DNA of 60,672 nt, filler included, from Sphacelaria rigidula (lineage: Eukaryota), in assembly GCA_964200075.2 (NCBI GenBank). It is 8 parts of 8 records of this genome, joined end to end, with 100 filler letters (N's around TTAATTAATTAA, not from the genome) between each part and the next. Parts side by side here need not be neighbours in the genome. Positions count along the whole stretch, not along the records: positions 53,177 to 60,672 come from CAXNAA020014654.1; 7 more parts are not named here. One strand, given 5' to 3'. The translations under genes and the position numbers were made by a program. This document shows positions 60,405-60,672 of the stretch, in pieces. Within the stretch, counting starts at the first letter, position 1. Each line of letters opens with the position of its first letter. The notes below the pieces were generated by a model. The model was not told where the DNA came from and searched no databases. It saw nothing but the letters and a program-made list of their open reading frames with translations.

Positions 60405-60672
60405 ACAGGTATTCCGTGTATGGTGGAGGTGAAAATAGCTATGATGCATGTCCATCGCGTAGTCGGTAGTAAACTACGTGCATGCTGGAGGTGGGTGGGG
60501 ACATGCTGTTATCGAACAACGCCCCGCTTGTTTGAGGTAGTTTAGCCAAATGTGAGAAGTTGACACGTACCCCACCACAGGAGGTAGCAGTGGGTCCTAG
60601 AAAATGGGGTTGATATAAAATTTGGGGTTGAAGTGGCATTTCTCTTTTGCAGGGAAGACGCGAAACACGTGC

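Overview
Eukaryotic, intron-rich, repeat-dense DNA, most consistent with a brown alga or related stramenopile (inferred from the stramenopile-type PDH E1, long GT-AG introns and repeat content). The window is not contiguous. It is eight unrelated ~7.5-kb contigs (7497,7497,7497,7497,7496,7496,7496,7496 bp) joined by an artificial 100-bp N44-TTAATTAATTAA-N44 spacer, so nothing should be inferred across spacers. Host gene fragments with phase-consistent exon models: a PPR protein (5 exons, +), an EGF/tenascin-like cysteine-rich protein (7 exons, -, one probable GC-AG intron), pyruvate dehydrogenase E1 alpha region (3 exons, -), a low-complexity protein with a 2.1-kb exon (-), and an acidic terminal exon (-). 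Mobile DNA: a truncated Ty1/copia element with 5' LTR and half-tRNAiMet PBS, a decayed CRE/R2-like non-LTR element, tRNA-derived SINEs (one nested in another), a non-autonomous Helitron-like repeat, and hAT-, mariner- and piggyBac-like MITEs and foldbacks. The most unusual signal is a family of very short (31-120 bp) retroposed inserts with oligo-C rather than poly-A tails. They carry 10-12-bp target-site duplications at C/G-rich tracts and a conserved GGTC-N4-GAC stem-loop, and occur 8 times on 5 independent contigs. All calls are by eye; no database searches were run.
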